Below, in pieces: positions 48,362 to 57,823 of a stretch of 64,000 bases of DNA. Source of the stretch: Myxococcota bacterium (GTDB taxonomy: Bacteria > Myxococcota_A > UBA9160 > SZUA-336); assembly GCA_044450765.1 (NCBI GenBank), contig JBIOJK010000003.1:19856-83855 (forward strand), written 5' to 3'. Under the pieces are notes generated by a model, which was not told where the DNA came from, searched no databases, and was given only the letters and a program-made list of their open reading frames with translations. Each line of letters opens with the position of its first letter. Position 1 is the stretch's first letter. Position numbers and translations under genes: made by a program.

Positions 48362-50389
48362 GTGGAAGAGCGGCAGATCGAGCTCGGATCGGGCGCGACG
48401 CGCATTCGCATCGAGGGCGACGGCCGGCCGCTCGTCTGGACGCACGGCTTCACGAGCTCGATCGAGGCGGAGGATGCGGCCGGCATGAGCGCGCTCTGGC
48501 GCGGCGTGCTCGACCTGCAGCTCGTGCGCTACGACGCGCGCGGTCACGGCCGCTCCGCGCCGGGCCGCGACGAGCCCGCGCAATCCTGGTCGGCGCTCGG
48601 CGCGGACTTGCTCGAGCTCGTGACTGCGCTCGGCCTCGACCGGCCGATCGCCGGCGGCGCCTCGATGGGCACCGCGACCTCGCTGCATGCGGCCGTGCGG
48701 AACCCGGGCGCGTTCAGCGGCCTGCTGCTGGTCCTGCCGCCGACGGCCTGGGAGACGCGCAAGCCGCAAGCCGATCTGTATCGCGGCGGCGCGGCGCTGG
48801 TCGAGGCGCGCGGCGTCGAGGGATACATCGCCGCTGCGCGCGAGGCCTTCCGCACGCGGCCGATGCCCGGCTTCAGCGAAGAGATGCAGGAGCGCGTGAT
48901 CGCGGAGCTGCGCGCGACGAGCGCCGCGGATCTCGTGCGCAATCTCCGCGGCGCGGCGGCGAGTGACTTGCCCGATCCCGCGCGGCTTCGCGAGCTCGAC
49001 GTCCCGGCGCTCGCGATCGCCACGCGCGGCGATCCCGGTCACCCGCTTTCGACCGCGGAGCGGCTGCTCGAGCTCCTGCCGCGCGCCGAACTGGTCGTGC
49101 TCGACGATCTCACTCAGCTCTCGTCGGCGCGCGGCGAGCTGGAGCGCTTCGCGGCTCGCACCGGCGTGCGCGCCCGCGGGCCGAATGTCTCGCCGATCGA
49201 TCTCTACTCGCCCGACCGCTTCGCGAACGGCGCGCCCTACGCGGACTTCGCGCGCCTGCGCCGCGAGCGCCCGGTGCACTGGCAGCCGACGCCGGACGGC
49301 GGCGGATACTGGGCCGTGACGAAGCACGCCGACGTCGCGGCGATCTCGCGCGACCCGGCGACTTACTCGTCTGCGCAGGGCTTCGTCGTGATCGAGCCGC
49401 TCTCGGAGGCGCAGCTGGCGATGATGCGCTTCACCTTACTCGGCATGGACCCGCCCGAGCACGCTCGGCTGCGCCGGCTGTTCCAGAGCGCCTTCACGCC
49501 GCGCATGGTCGCGGCGCTCGAGCCGCGCATTCGCGAGATCTCGCGCGGCATCATGGCGCGCGGAGCAGCGCGCGGCGAAGTCGAGTTCGTCGAGGACATG
49601 GCGGGTGACTTGCCGATGCAAGTGATCGGCGAGCTGCTCGGCGTGCCCGAGGGCGAGCGTGCGCGCCTGCGCGCTTGGGCGGCGCAGCTGACCGGCTCGC
49701 AGGATTCCGATCTCAATCCGGGCGGCGCGGAGGCCGCGCCCGCGGCGTCGATCGAGATGGCCATGTACGCGATCGGGCTCGCGCGGGCGCGCCGCGGCGC
49801 GCCCGGATCCGACCTCACGACCGTCGCCGTGAACGCTGAAGTGGACGGCCACGCGATGACCGACGCGGAGTTCGGCGGCTTCTTCGTCCAGCTCGCGACC
49901 GCCGGCAACGACACGACGCGCAACTTGTTGTCCTCGGGGACGCGCCTCCTGCTCGAGCATCCGGACGCGCTCGCGTCACTGCGCGCGGACGAGTCACTCG
50001 TTCCGAGCGCGGTCGAGGAGATGCTGCGCGTCGAGAGCCCGCTCCACTACTTCCGGCGGACCGCGACGCGGGACGCGAGCCTGCGCGGCCAGGCGATCCG
50101 CAGCGGCGACCGCGTCGTCCTGTACTACGGCGCGGCAAACCGCGACGAAGAGGTCTTTCGCGAGCCCGACCGCTTCGACGTGCGGCGCTCGCCGAACCCG
50201 CATCTGTCGTTCGGCTTCGGCGAGCACTTCTGTCTGGGAGCCGCGCTCGCGCGCCTGGAGGCGCGCGTGTTCTTCGAGGAGCTGCTGCGCGCGTTCCCGC
50301 GCATCGAGCTGGCCGGCGAGCCGCGGCACCAGCGCTCGAATCTGAACAACGCGCTGAAGTCGCTGCCCGTCCGGCTCTACGCGAACTAG
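48362..50389 (+). CDS. alpha/beta-hydrolase - cytochrome P450 fusion protein (CYP125/CYP124-like P450 domain)
   Basis: Hydrolase half: the N-terminal 280 aa are PLVWTHGFTSS...GHGRS with the nucleophile elbow GGASMG. P450 half: the C-terminal 400 aa carry the I-helix AGNDTT, EEMLRVESP (ExxR) and the heme loop FGFGEHFCLGAALA. The two halves form one continuous frame. Confidence 0.8.
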   Translation: MEERQIELGSGATRIRIEGDGRPLVWTHGFTSSIEAEDAAGMSALWRGVLDLQLVRYDARGHGRSAPGRDEPAQSWSALGADLLELVTALGLDRPIAGGASMGTATSLHAAVRNPGAFSGLLLVLPPTAWETRKPQADLYRGGAALVEARGVEGYIAAAREAFRTRPMPGFSEEMQERVIAELRATSAADLVRNLRGAAASDLPDPARLRELDVPALAIATRGDPGHPLSTAERLLELLPRAELVVLDDLTQLSSARGELERFAARTGVRARGPNVSPIDLYSPDRFANGAPYADFARLRRERPVHWQPTPDGGGYWAVTKHADVAAISRDPATYSSAQGFVVIEPLSEAQLAMMRFTLLGMDPPEHARLRRLFQSAFTPRMVAALEPRIREISRGIMARGAARGEVEFVEDMAGDLPMQVIGELLGVPEGERARLRAWAAQLTGSQDSDLNPGGAEAAPAASIEMAMYAIGLARARRGAPGSDLTTVAVNAEVDGHAMTDAEFGGFFVQLATAGNDTTRNLLSSGTRLLLEHPDALASLRADESLVPSAVEEMLRVESPLHYFRRTATRDASLRGQAIRSGDRVVLYYGAANRDEEVFREPDRFDVRRSPNPHLSFGFGEHFCLGAALARLEARVFFEELLRAFPRIELAGEPRHQRSNLNNALKSLPVRLYAN

Positions 50390-51519
50390 CTCGAGTCCGC
50401 CGGCTCCGCCTCGTCGGCGACGCCGTAGTCGGCGTAGAAGCCGCGCTTCCACTCGAGAAAGCGGCCGGCCAGGATCGCGCCTCGCATCTCGCCCATCAGC
50501 CGCTGGTAGAAGCGCACGTTGTGAATCGCGCCGAGAATCGCCGCGAGGATCTCGTTCGCGGCGTACAGGTGGTTCACGTACGCGCGCGTGAAGGTCTTGC
50601 ACGCGTAGCAGTCACAGCTCGTGTCGATCGGATAGAGATCCCGCCGGTAGCGGCGGTGGTTCATGCGGATCCGCCCGCGCCGCGTGAAGAGAGTCGCGGA
50701 GCGCGCATAGCGCGTGGGGATCACGCAGTCGAACATGTCCATGCCGCGCTCGACGGACTCGATCAGGTCTTCGGGCAGGCCGACGCCCATCAGGTAGCGC
50801 GGCTTGTGCTCCGGCAGCAGCGGCGCGGTGAAGCCGACGATGCGCTTCAGCTCTTCGATCCCCTCGCCGACCGAGACGCCGCCGATCGCGTAGCCCGGCG
50901 CCTCGACCTTCGCGATCTCGCGCGCGCACAGCTCGCGCAAGTCGAGATACACGGAGCCCTGCACGATCGGGAACAGCGCCTGCTCCGACCCGGCGTGCGC
51001 GCGGCCGCAGCGCTCGAGCCAGCGCAGCGAGTTCTCGACCCCGCGCCGCGCCAGCTCAGGAGTCGCCGGGAAGGGTGTGCACTCGTCGAAGGCCATGATG
51101 ATGTCCGCGCCGAGCGCGTGCTGAATCTCGATCGAGCGCTCCGGCGTGAGCTCCACCTCGGAGCCGTCGACCTCGTTCTTGAAGCGGACGCCCTCGGGCG
51201 TGATCTGCTTGTGCTTCAAGCTGAAGACCTGAAAGCCGCCCGAGTCAGTCAGGATCGGGCCGTCCCAGGCCATGAACGCGTGCAGGCCGCCGGCGCGCTT
51301 CACGAGCTCGGGTCCGGGCCGCAGCAGCAGGTGATACGTGTTTGCGAGCAGGATCCGCGCGCCCGTCGCGCGAACCTGCTCGGGAGTCATCGCGCGAACC
51401 GCGGCGTGGGTGCCGACCGGCATGAAGACCGGTGTGTCGACCGCGCCGTGCGGCGTGTCGAGCCGGCCGGCACGCGCGGCACAGCCCGGGTCGGTCGCCT
51501 CGAGGGCGAAGCGAATCAC
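50386..51519 (-). CDS. tgt: queuine tRNA-ribosyltransferase
   Basis: GAVDTPVFMPVGT...LTDSGGFQVF...zinc site CDCYAC. Its GTG start overlaps the purM stop (GTGA). Confidence 0.9.
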   Translation of the reverse strand: MIRFALEATDPGCAARAGRLDTPHGAVDTPVFMPVGTHAAVRAMTPEQVRATGARILLANTYHLLLRPGPELVKRAGGLHAFMAWDGPILTDSGGFQVFSLKHKQITPEGVRFKNEVDGSEVELTPERSIEIQHALGADIIMAFDECTPFPATPELARRGVENSLRWLERCGRAHAGSEQALFPIVQGSVYLDLRELCAREIAKVEAPGYAIGGVSVGEGIEELKRIVGFTAPLLPEHKPRYLMGVGLPEDLIESVERGMDMFDCVIPTRYARSATLFTRRGRIRMNHRRYRRDLYPIDTSCDCYACKTFTRAYVNHLYAANEILAAILGAIHNVRFYQRLMGEMRGAILAGRFLEWKRGFYADYGVADEAEPADSS

Positions 51520-52580
51520 GACTCGCGGACGAAGTGCTTCGACCGTCCGACCAGGCGCTCGGGCAGGATGCGCACCTTGCGCTCGGGGTCCGCGACCGCG
51601 CGGCCGAGGCGCCAGGCCTCGAGCCCGGTCGCGCGCACCGCCGCGATCGTGCGCTCGACTTCGGCCGGCGCCACCACCGCGGTGAAGCCGACGCCCATGT
51701 TGAACACGGTGTACAGCTCGGCGAGCTCGAGCTCGCCGACGCGCTGAATCAGCCGCAGCACAGCCGGCGCGGGCGGCAGGAAGTCGATCTCGAAGCCGAC
51801 GGGCGCGTCCACCCGGCGGATGTTCAGGAAGCCGTCGCCCGTGATGTGCGCGAGCGCGCGCGGAGTGACTCCCGCCTTCGCGAGCGCCTCGACTTGGGGG
51901 ACATAGATCAGGGTCGGACAGAGCAGCGCTTCGCCCACCGTGGCGCCGAGCTCGTTCACGAACTCGTCCAGGCGGAACTTGCGCGCGAGCACCGCGCGCG
52001 CCAGCGAGAGACCGTTCGAGTGCACGCCGCTCGACGCGATGCCGACCAGCGCATCGCCGGGCCGCACCTGCGAGCCGTCGATCAGCGCCCCGTCGGGAAC
52101 CAGGCCCACGGCCATGCCCGCGAGGTCGAGTCCGCTGCCTTCGCGCGCCCCGCGCAGCATGTCTGGGATCTGCGCGGTCTCGCCGCCGACGATCGCAATG
52201 CCGGCCTGGCGCGCGCCCTCGCACAGGCCGCGCCCGATCTGCCCGAACACGTCCGGGTCACAGCGCTCGACGGCGATGTAGTCGAGCATCGCGAGCGGCT
52301 TCGCGCCGACGCAGAGCAAGTCGTTCACGTTCATGGCCACGCAGTCGATGCCGACCGAGTCGTACTTTCCCAGTGCCTGCGCGACGAGCAGCTTCGAGCC
52401 GACGCCGTCGGTGGTCAGCGCGAGGTGCAGCGGCCCCACCCGGATGACGGCCGCGAAGTGACCGATGCCGAGCTCGCTCGCCGGGCCGAACGCGGCCGTC
52501 GGCGCGATCTCGAGCAGCAGCCGCGCGAGCGCGCGATCCGCCTCGCTCGTGTCGACTCCGCTGCGCGCGTACTCGCTCAT
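51516..52580 (-). CDS. purM: phosphoribosylformylglycinamidine cyclo-ligase
   Basis: Its AIR synthase N and C domains include LALTTDGVGSKLLVAQ and GGETAQIPD. Confidence 0.9.
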   Translation of the reverse strand: MSEYARSGVDTSEADRALARLLLEIAPTAAFGPASELGIGHFAAVIRVGPLHLALTTDGVGSKLLVAQALGKYDSVGIDCVAMNVNDLLCVGAKPLAMLDYIAVERCDPDVFGQIGRGLCEGARQAGIAIVGGETAQIPDMLRGAREGSGLDLAGMAVGLVPDGALIDGSQVRPGDALVGIASSGVHSNGLSLARAVLARKFRLDEFVNELGATVGEALLCPTLIYVPQVEALAKAGVTPRALAHITGDGFLNIRRVDAPVGFEIDFLPPAPAVLRLIQRVGELELAELYTVFNMGVGFTAVVAPAEVERTIAAVRATGLEAWRLGRAVADPERKVRILPERLVGRSKHFVRES

Positions 52581-52593
52581 CGCGACCCGCGAG

Positions 52594-52719
52594 TCACGTG
52601 TAGGGCGACTCGCCGCGGCTCCGGCGCAGGCGAGCGCGGCGGTTCTTGGCGCGCAATTTCGCGCGGTGGTGCGCGCTCTTCCGGCGCTTCCGGTGGGTGA
52701 GTTTCGTGCTCTTCTTCAT
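52594..52719 (-). CDS. hypothetical 41-aa highly basic small protein (MKKSTKLTHRKRRKSAHHRAKLRAKNRRARLRRSRGESPYT)
   Basis: It has an ATG start and ends 13 nt before the purM ATG. It is K-rich, whereas GC-artefact ORFs are R-rich. It is below the ORF-track length cutoff. Confidence 0.35.
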   Translation of the reverse strand: MKKSTKLTHRKRRKSAHHRAKLRAKNRRARLRRSRGESPYT

Positions 52720-52731
52720 CGCGCGCGCAGC

Positions 52732-53289
52732 TTACCGACCCCGCCAGAGACGCACAACCGGCGCGTGCTCGCGGATCTCGATCTGGGCGCGCAGCGCGCG
52801 GCGGCGCTCGGCGAGCTTGCGCGCGAGCCACTCCGGGTCGCGCGCGGACCGGCGCTTGCGCAGGCCCGCGCGGAAGCGCGCGAACACCCGGTACGCCGCG
52901 CGCTCGTGCCGGAGCTCTCGGCCCAGCAGCTCGATCACGATCGCGTCGTCGAGGAAGCCGAGTCCCGGCACCGAGTCGGCGATCAAGTCGTCCGGGTCGA
53001 TGAAGTAGGCGAGCGCGGCGCGGATCCGCTCGCGAACGCGCTCGGGCGGCTTCCAGTCGGCGTCCTCCAGCAGCTCGATCAGCTCCTCGAGGCCGGCGAC
53101 CCGCTCGACCACGTAGCTCGGCGGGTGGAATTTCCGCAGCTCGGCGGCGCGCGCTCGGGCGGCGGCCGTGATGGTCCGCTCGGGCCGCAAGCTCGCACGG
53201 GCGCTGGCGCGCTCGGCGACGCTGCGCAGGTGGCGGAGATCTCGCTCTCCGAGGGTGAAAGTGACGGTGAGCCGGTCGAGCGGCGGCAC
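52732..53289 (-). CDS. DUF1232 (YkvA-like) domain protein
   Basis: The C-terminal motif DPDDLIADSVPGLGFLDDAIVIELL is the DUF1232 signature. I infer a GTG start at VPPLDRL; the rest of the 297-aa ORF is a low-complexity S/A-rich wrong start. Confidence 0.6.
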   Translation of the reverse strand: MPPLDRLTVTFTLGERDLRHLRSVAERASARASLRPERTITAAARARAAELRKFHPPSYVVERVAGLEELIELLEDADWKPPERVRERIRAALAYFIDPDDLIADSVPGLGFLDDAIVIELLGRELRHERAAYRVFARFRAGLRKRRSARDPEWLARKLAERRRALRAQIEIREHAPVVRLWRGR

Positions 53290-53344
53290 GAACTCCGGGT
53301 AGCATGGCGCTCGTGACTGAGCCAGCGAACGGCGGGCGAGGCTC

Positions 53345-54238
53345 GTGAGCGGTCGCGTGCGCGTGCGCAGCGGCGTGCCCGAGAGCGCGCTCGCGCTGCT
53401 GGCCGACGCGGGTTTCGACGCCGAGCTCGGCCCGCTCGAGCTCGCGGACTGCGACGCACTTCTGTGTTTGCTCACCGACCGCATCGACGCGGAGCTGCTG
53501 GCTCGCGCGCCGCGACTCCGGATCGTCGCGAACATGGCCGTCGGCACGGACAACATCGACCTGGCCGCCGCGCGGGCGCGCGGGGTGGCGGTCTCGAACA
53601 CCCCCGACGTGCTGACCGACGCCACCGCGGACCTCGCGTTCGCGCTGCTGCTCGCCGCCGCGCGCCGGCTCGCCTGGGCCGACCGCTACGTGCGCGGCGG
53701 CGGCTTCGTCGGCTGGCGCCCGGACCTCGGCATCGGGCTCGACGTCACCGGCCGCACGCTGGGCATCGTCGGCTACGGCCGCATCGGGCGCGCGGTCGCC
53801 GAGCGCGCGCGCGGCTTCCGCATGGACGTGCTCTGGCACGCCCGCGGCTCGGGTGTCTCGCTCGACGAGTTACTCGAGCGCAGCGACTTCGTCTCGCTCC
53901 ACGTGCCGCTCAGCGACCAGACGCGGCATCTGATCGGCGAGCGCGAGCTGCGCCGCATGCGGCCGCACGCGCTCTTGGTCAACACCGCGCGCGGCCCGAT
54001 CGTCGACGAGGCGGCGCTGGTGCGCGCGCTGCGCGAGGGCTGGATCGCCGCCGCCGGACTCGACGTCTTCGAGCACGAGCCGAAGCTGACGCCCGGTCTC
54101 GCCGACCTGCCGCAAGTCGTGCTCGCCCCGCACCTGGGCAGCGCCACCACTCACACTCGCGCGCGCATGGCCGAGGTCGCGGCGCGGAACATCGTCGCCG
54201 CTCTGCGCGGCGAGCCGATCCCGAACCGAGTCGCCTGA
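53345..54238 (+). CDS. D-isomer-specific 2-hydroxyacid dehydrogenase (glyoxylate/hydroxypyruvate reductase-like)
   Basis: It has the NAD-binding GIVGYGRIGRAVA and the catalytic region LLVNTARGPIVDE...APHLGSAT. Confidence 0.85.
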   Translation: MSGRVRVRSGVPESALALLADAGFDAELGPLELADCDALLCLLTDRIDAELLARAPRLRIVANMAVGTDNIDLAAARARGVAVSNTPDVLTDATADLAFALLLAAARRLAWADRYVRGGGFVGWRPDLGIGLDVTGRTLGIVGYGRIGRAVAERARGFRMDVLWHARGSGVSLDELLERSDFVSLHVPLSDQTRHLIGERELRRMRPHALLVNTARGPIVDEAALVRALREGWIAAAGLDVFEHEPKLTPGLADLPQVVLAPHLGSATTHTRARMAEVAARNIVAALRGEPIPNRVA

Positions 54239-54275
54239 CACCACCGGACGAGGCGATCCGCGGGAGAGCCGGCCC

Positions 54276-54656
54276 TCAGGCGCGGAGCTGCCGCGCGGTC
54301 GTGAAGGTGGCCGCAGCGGTGGCGAGCTCGACGGCGATCGCGACGCCGATGCGCGGATCCCAGCCGTCGAGCGCGACTCCGAGCAGTCGCGCCGCGACGA
54401 TGCAGACCATGATGCCCGCCACCGCTTCCAGATAGCCGGGCTCCTTGCGGAAGAGTCCGAGCAGGGCGAGCGAGCCGACCGCGAAGAAGGCGCCGCCGGC
54501 GTCTCCGCGCATCTGACTGAGGGCCGCGGGCCCCGACAGCGAGATACCGAGCTCCGCGCTCGCCGACTCGGGCGCGAGCAGCCAGCGAAGCGCGAACGGG
54601 AGCGCGAGCAACACACCGAGCAGCGCAGTCAACACGCGCGGGACTCTCTGCAGCAT
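54276..54656 (-). CDS. DUF4345-like small membrane protein
   Basis: A hydrophobic protein of four predicted TM segments (126 aa). Confidence 0.55.
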   Translation of the reverse strand: MLQRVPRVLTALLGVLLALPFALRWLLAPESASAELGISLSGPAALSQMRGDAGGAFFAVGSLALLGLFRKEPGYLEAVAGIMVCIVAARLLGVALDGWDPRIGVAIAVELATAAATFTTARQLRA

Positions 54657-54694
54657 GGACTCTCCCCGAACGCTGGCGAGCGGGGAGCAGTCTA

Positions 54695-55036
54695 TCAGAA
54701 GAGAGGTTCGAGCTTCGCCGCGGTGCCGACCGCGTGCAGCCGCAGGCCGGTCGCGTCCGAGTCACTCGCCCGCGCGAACGGGTCGAGGGTCACTTCGAGC
54801 CCGACCACCGCGTTCGCGCCGAGCAGCCGCGCCTTGTCGCGCAGCGACTCGAGCAGCTCGCGCTCGGCCTTGGTCCAGGCGGACGAGCGGTCTTCGACCT
54901 GGTCGTCCTGCAGAAAGAGCTCGGAGCTGATCGGACCGAAGTAGGCGGCCGCACGCGTGCCGCTGACCCACGGCGAGGTGTAGAGCTCGACGTCGTTCTC
55001 CGAGTTCAGCGAGATCTGAGACTGCGTCTCACCCAC
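54695..55036 (-). CDS. YbjQ/UPF0145 (DUF74) family protein
   Basis: SAWTKAERELLESLRDKARLLGANAVVGLEVTLD matches the YbjQ pattern ...AYEKEL..A.....LG.A.GADAVVGIDIDYE. Confidence 0.7.
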   Translation of the reverse strand: MGETQSQISLNSENDVELYTSPWVSGTRAAAYFGPISSELFLQDDQVEDRSSAWTKAERELLESLRDKARLLGANAVVGLEVTLDPFARASDSDATGLRLHAVGTAAKLEPLF

Positions 55037-55145
55037 GAAGTTTGGTATCGGCGCCCCCGGAAGCGGACTGTACGTAGATCGGTGTAGATCCCGCGTTGGT
55101 TGGCCGCGCGTCTCTCGGGTATTCTCGCCGCGCCTTCGGGGGGAG

Positions 55146-56090
55146 TTGCCGGTGCGCTGGACGAGCGGAGCGGATCGCGCCGAGTTCCGAGTTGCGCGTC
55201 TCCTGCGCGGTGTCTGCCTGGCGGTCGTGGCGCTCGCTGGCGCCGCGTGTAGCGGCGCCTCCTCGAGCGATGCGGCGCGCGATGCGGCGTCCGCCGGCGT
55301 CGCGCCGATCGTCGCGCGCGCCGCGGCCGCGGCCGCCAGCGGCGATCTGGACGCCGCGGTCGACGGCTACAGCGAGGCGATCGAGCGCACGCCCTGGAAC
55401 ACGCGCCTGCGCAGCCAGCTCGTCGCCGCGCATACGGAGCGCGCGGAGCAGAAGCGGCGCAAGCCGGGCGGGCCCGTCGGTCTGGCGGCGGCCGAGAAGG
55501 ACTTGCGCGCGGCGCACGCGCTCGCGCCCGACGATGCCGTGGTCACGCGCAGTCTCGCCGCGATCCTGGTCGAGCGCGCTGCGTTCGAAGCCGACGACGC
55601 GCTCGCCGCCGCGCTGCGCGCCGAGGGAGTCCGGCTCGCGCCCGAGCTCGCGGAGCAGACACCCGCCGTGCGCCTGCCGATCGAGCAGCGACTCGACCTC
55701 GCCTACGACCTGATCGAGCAGGGCAACGTCGACGCCGGCATCGACCAGCTCCACACGGTCGTGCGCGAGTATCCGCAGAACGCGCAGGCCGCGCGCATGC
55801 TGGCGCAGGCGCTCGTGCGCCTCGGCAACCAACAGACCGAGGTGCACGACTACGACGGCGCGCAGCAGAGCTTCAGCGAGGCCGTCGAGCAGTACGCGCG
55901 GCTGCTCCCCTGCGACGGGACGCGCTGTGACTCGGCCGAGCTCGAGCTCGCGCACCGCGATCGGATCCTGTCGGCGCTCGACGCGCAGCGCATCGACCTC
56001 GCGCGCGCCGCGCTCGCCGAGGCGCAAGGGCTCGGGATGAACTTCGACGACCTGCTGAAGCGCTGGCCGGAGCTGCGCGCCGCGCCCTGA
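55146..56090 (+). CDS. TPR-repeat lipoprotein
   Basis: It has a signal/lipobox (LAGAACSG) and several TPR-like helical repeats. Confidence 0.65.
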   Translation: MPVRWTSGADRAEFRVARLLRGVCLAVVALAGAACSGASSSDAARDAASAGVAPIVARAAAAAASGDLDAAVDGYSEAIERTPWNTRLRSQLVAAHTERAEQKRRKPGGPVGLAAAEKDLRAAHALAPDDAVVTRSLAAILVERAAFEADDALAAALRAEGVRLAPELAEQTPAVRLPIEQRLDLAYDLIEQGNVDAGIDQLHTVVREYPQNAQAARMLAQALVRLGNQQTEVHDYDGAQQSFSEAVEQYARLLPCDGTRCDSAELELAHRDRILSALDAQRIDLARAALAEAQGLGMNFDDLLKRWPELRAAP

Positions 56091-56148
56091 CCCGGGGCCG
56101 TGGCCCGCCTGCTATGCTGCTCCGGGCTCCAATCACGGGAGGAACGCG

Positions 56149-57789
56149 ATGGCCACGCACGGTGGAAAGCTCGCAGCGCGGGCGCTCAAGCTGGCGGGTG
56201 TCGACTGCATCTTCACGCTCTCGGGCGGTCACATCATGCCGATCTACGACGGCGCGCTCGACGAGGGCATCCGCATCATCGACGTGCGCCACGAACAGGC
56301 CGCGGTGCACGCGGCCGACGCGTACAGCCGCCTGAACCCGACCAAGATCGGCTGCGCCGTCGTGACCGCCGGTCCGGGAGTCACCGATGGAGTCACCGGG
56401 ATCGCGAACGCGTGGCGCGCGAACAGCCCGATTCTGGTGATCGGCGGGCAGGGCCCGTTCTCGAATCTGCGCCGCGGCTCACTCCAGGAGATGGACCACG
56501 TCTCGATGATTCGGCCGATCTCGAAGTGGGCCGACGCGTGCTACGACACCGCGCGCATTCCGGAGTACATCGAGCTCGCGGTGCGGCACGCGACGTCGGG
56601 CATTCCCGGCCCCGCCTTTCTCGAGATTCCGATGGACGTGCTGATGGGGCCCGCTGACTTCGACAAGGCCTGGTTCCCGAAGTTCCGCCGCGCGCCGCGC
56701 CAGGCGCCCGACCGCGCGGACGTGGTCGCGGCGCTCGAGATACTCGCCGGCGCCAAGCGGCCGATCATGATGGGCGGCACGAGCGTGAAGTGGTCGCAGG
56801 GCGGCGCCGCGATGCGGCGCTTCGTCGAGGAGACCAAGCTGCCGACGTTCCTGAACGGCATGGGCCGCGGACAGCTGCGCTTCGACGACCCGCAGTTCAT
56901 GAACCGCTCGCGCAAGGAGGCGATGTCGAAGTGCGACGTGTTCGTGCTCGCCGGCTCGCCGCTCGACTTCCGGCTGCGCTTCGGCAAGGCGATCCCCGCC
57001 AGCGCGAAGATCGTCCAGCTCGAGATGGAGAACTCACTCGTCGGGCAGAACCGCTCCGCGGACGCGGCGATCGTCGGAAATCTCGGGGTCGCGTTCGAGC
57101 AGATGCTGCAGGTCATGAAGGAGGAGTCAGTCAAGCTCGACTTCCACGCCTGGCGCGACGAGCTGCGCGCGATCGAGACGAAGATCGAAGCCGGCTTCCA
57201 GAGCGAGCTGGCCTCGGACGAAGTCCCGATCGATCCGCTGCGCCTGTGCCGCGAGATCCGCGATTTCATCGACGAAGACACGATCCTGATCGGCGACGGC
57301 GGCGACATCGTCGCGCAGGCGGCGAAGGTCGTGCCCGTGATGAAGGAGAACTGCTGGATGGACCCCGGTCCGCTCGGCACGCTCGGCGTCGGCATGCCCT
57401 TCGCGCTCGCTGCGAAAGTGTCTTTCCCCGACAAGAAGGTGCTGATCATCTACGGGGACGGGTCGTTCGGCCTGAACGGCTTCGAGTACGACACCGCGAT
57501 CCGATTCAATCTCCCAATCGTCGGCATCGTCGGGAACGACGCGGCCTGGGGGCAGATGCTGCGCCCGCAGATCGGCATCTACGGCAAGGACCGCGCCGTC
57601 GGCACCTATCTCAACTACACGCGCTACGACAAGGTCGTCGAGGCGCTCGGCGGTCACGGCGAGCACTGCACGCGGCCCGAGCAGATCCGTCCCGCGCTCG
57701 AGCGCGCGTTCGCATCCGGGAAGCCCGCCTGCATCAACGTGGTCATCCGGCGCGACGAGACGGAGCCGAAGGGCAGCACGTACGTCTAG
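56149..57789 (+). CDS. thiamine-pyrophosphate-dependent enzyme (acetolactate synthase / oxalyl-CoA decarboxylase family)
   Basis: It has the three-domain TPP architecture: an N-terminal Pyr domain, a central domain, and a C-terminal PP domain with GDGSFGLNGFEYDTAIRFNLPIVGIVGNDAAW (GDG-x24-NN-like). Confidence 0.85.
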   Translation: MATHGGKLAARALKLAGVDCIFTLSGGHIMPIYDGALDEGIRIIDVRHEQAAVHAADAYSRLNPTKIGCAVVTAGPGVTDGVTGIANAWRANSPILVIGGQGPFSNLRRGSLQEMDHVSMIRPISKWADACYDTARIPEYIELAVRHATSGIPGPAFLEIPMDVLMGPADFDKAWFPKFRRAPRQAPDRADVVAALEILAGAKRPIMMGGTSVKWSQGGAAMRRFVEETKLPTFLNGMGRGQLRFDDPQFMNRSRKEAMSKCDVFVLAGSPLDFRLRFGKAIPASAKIVQLEMENSLVGQNRSADAAIVGNLGVAFEQMLQVMKEESVKLDFHAWRDELRAIETKIEAGFQSELASDEVPIDPLRLCREIRDFIDEDTILIGDGGDIVAQAAKVVPVMKENCWMDPGPLGTLGVGMPFALAAKVSFPDKKVLIIYGDGSFGLNGFEYDTAIRFNLPIVGIVGNDAAWGQMLRPQIGIYGKDRAVGTYLNYTRYDKVVEALGGHGEHCTRPEQIRPALERAFASGKPACINVVIRRDETEPKGSTYV

Positions 57790-57823
57790 CGGCGGCGAGC
57801 TTCGAGACTCGGGCTGGGGCCCG

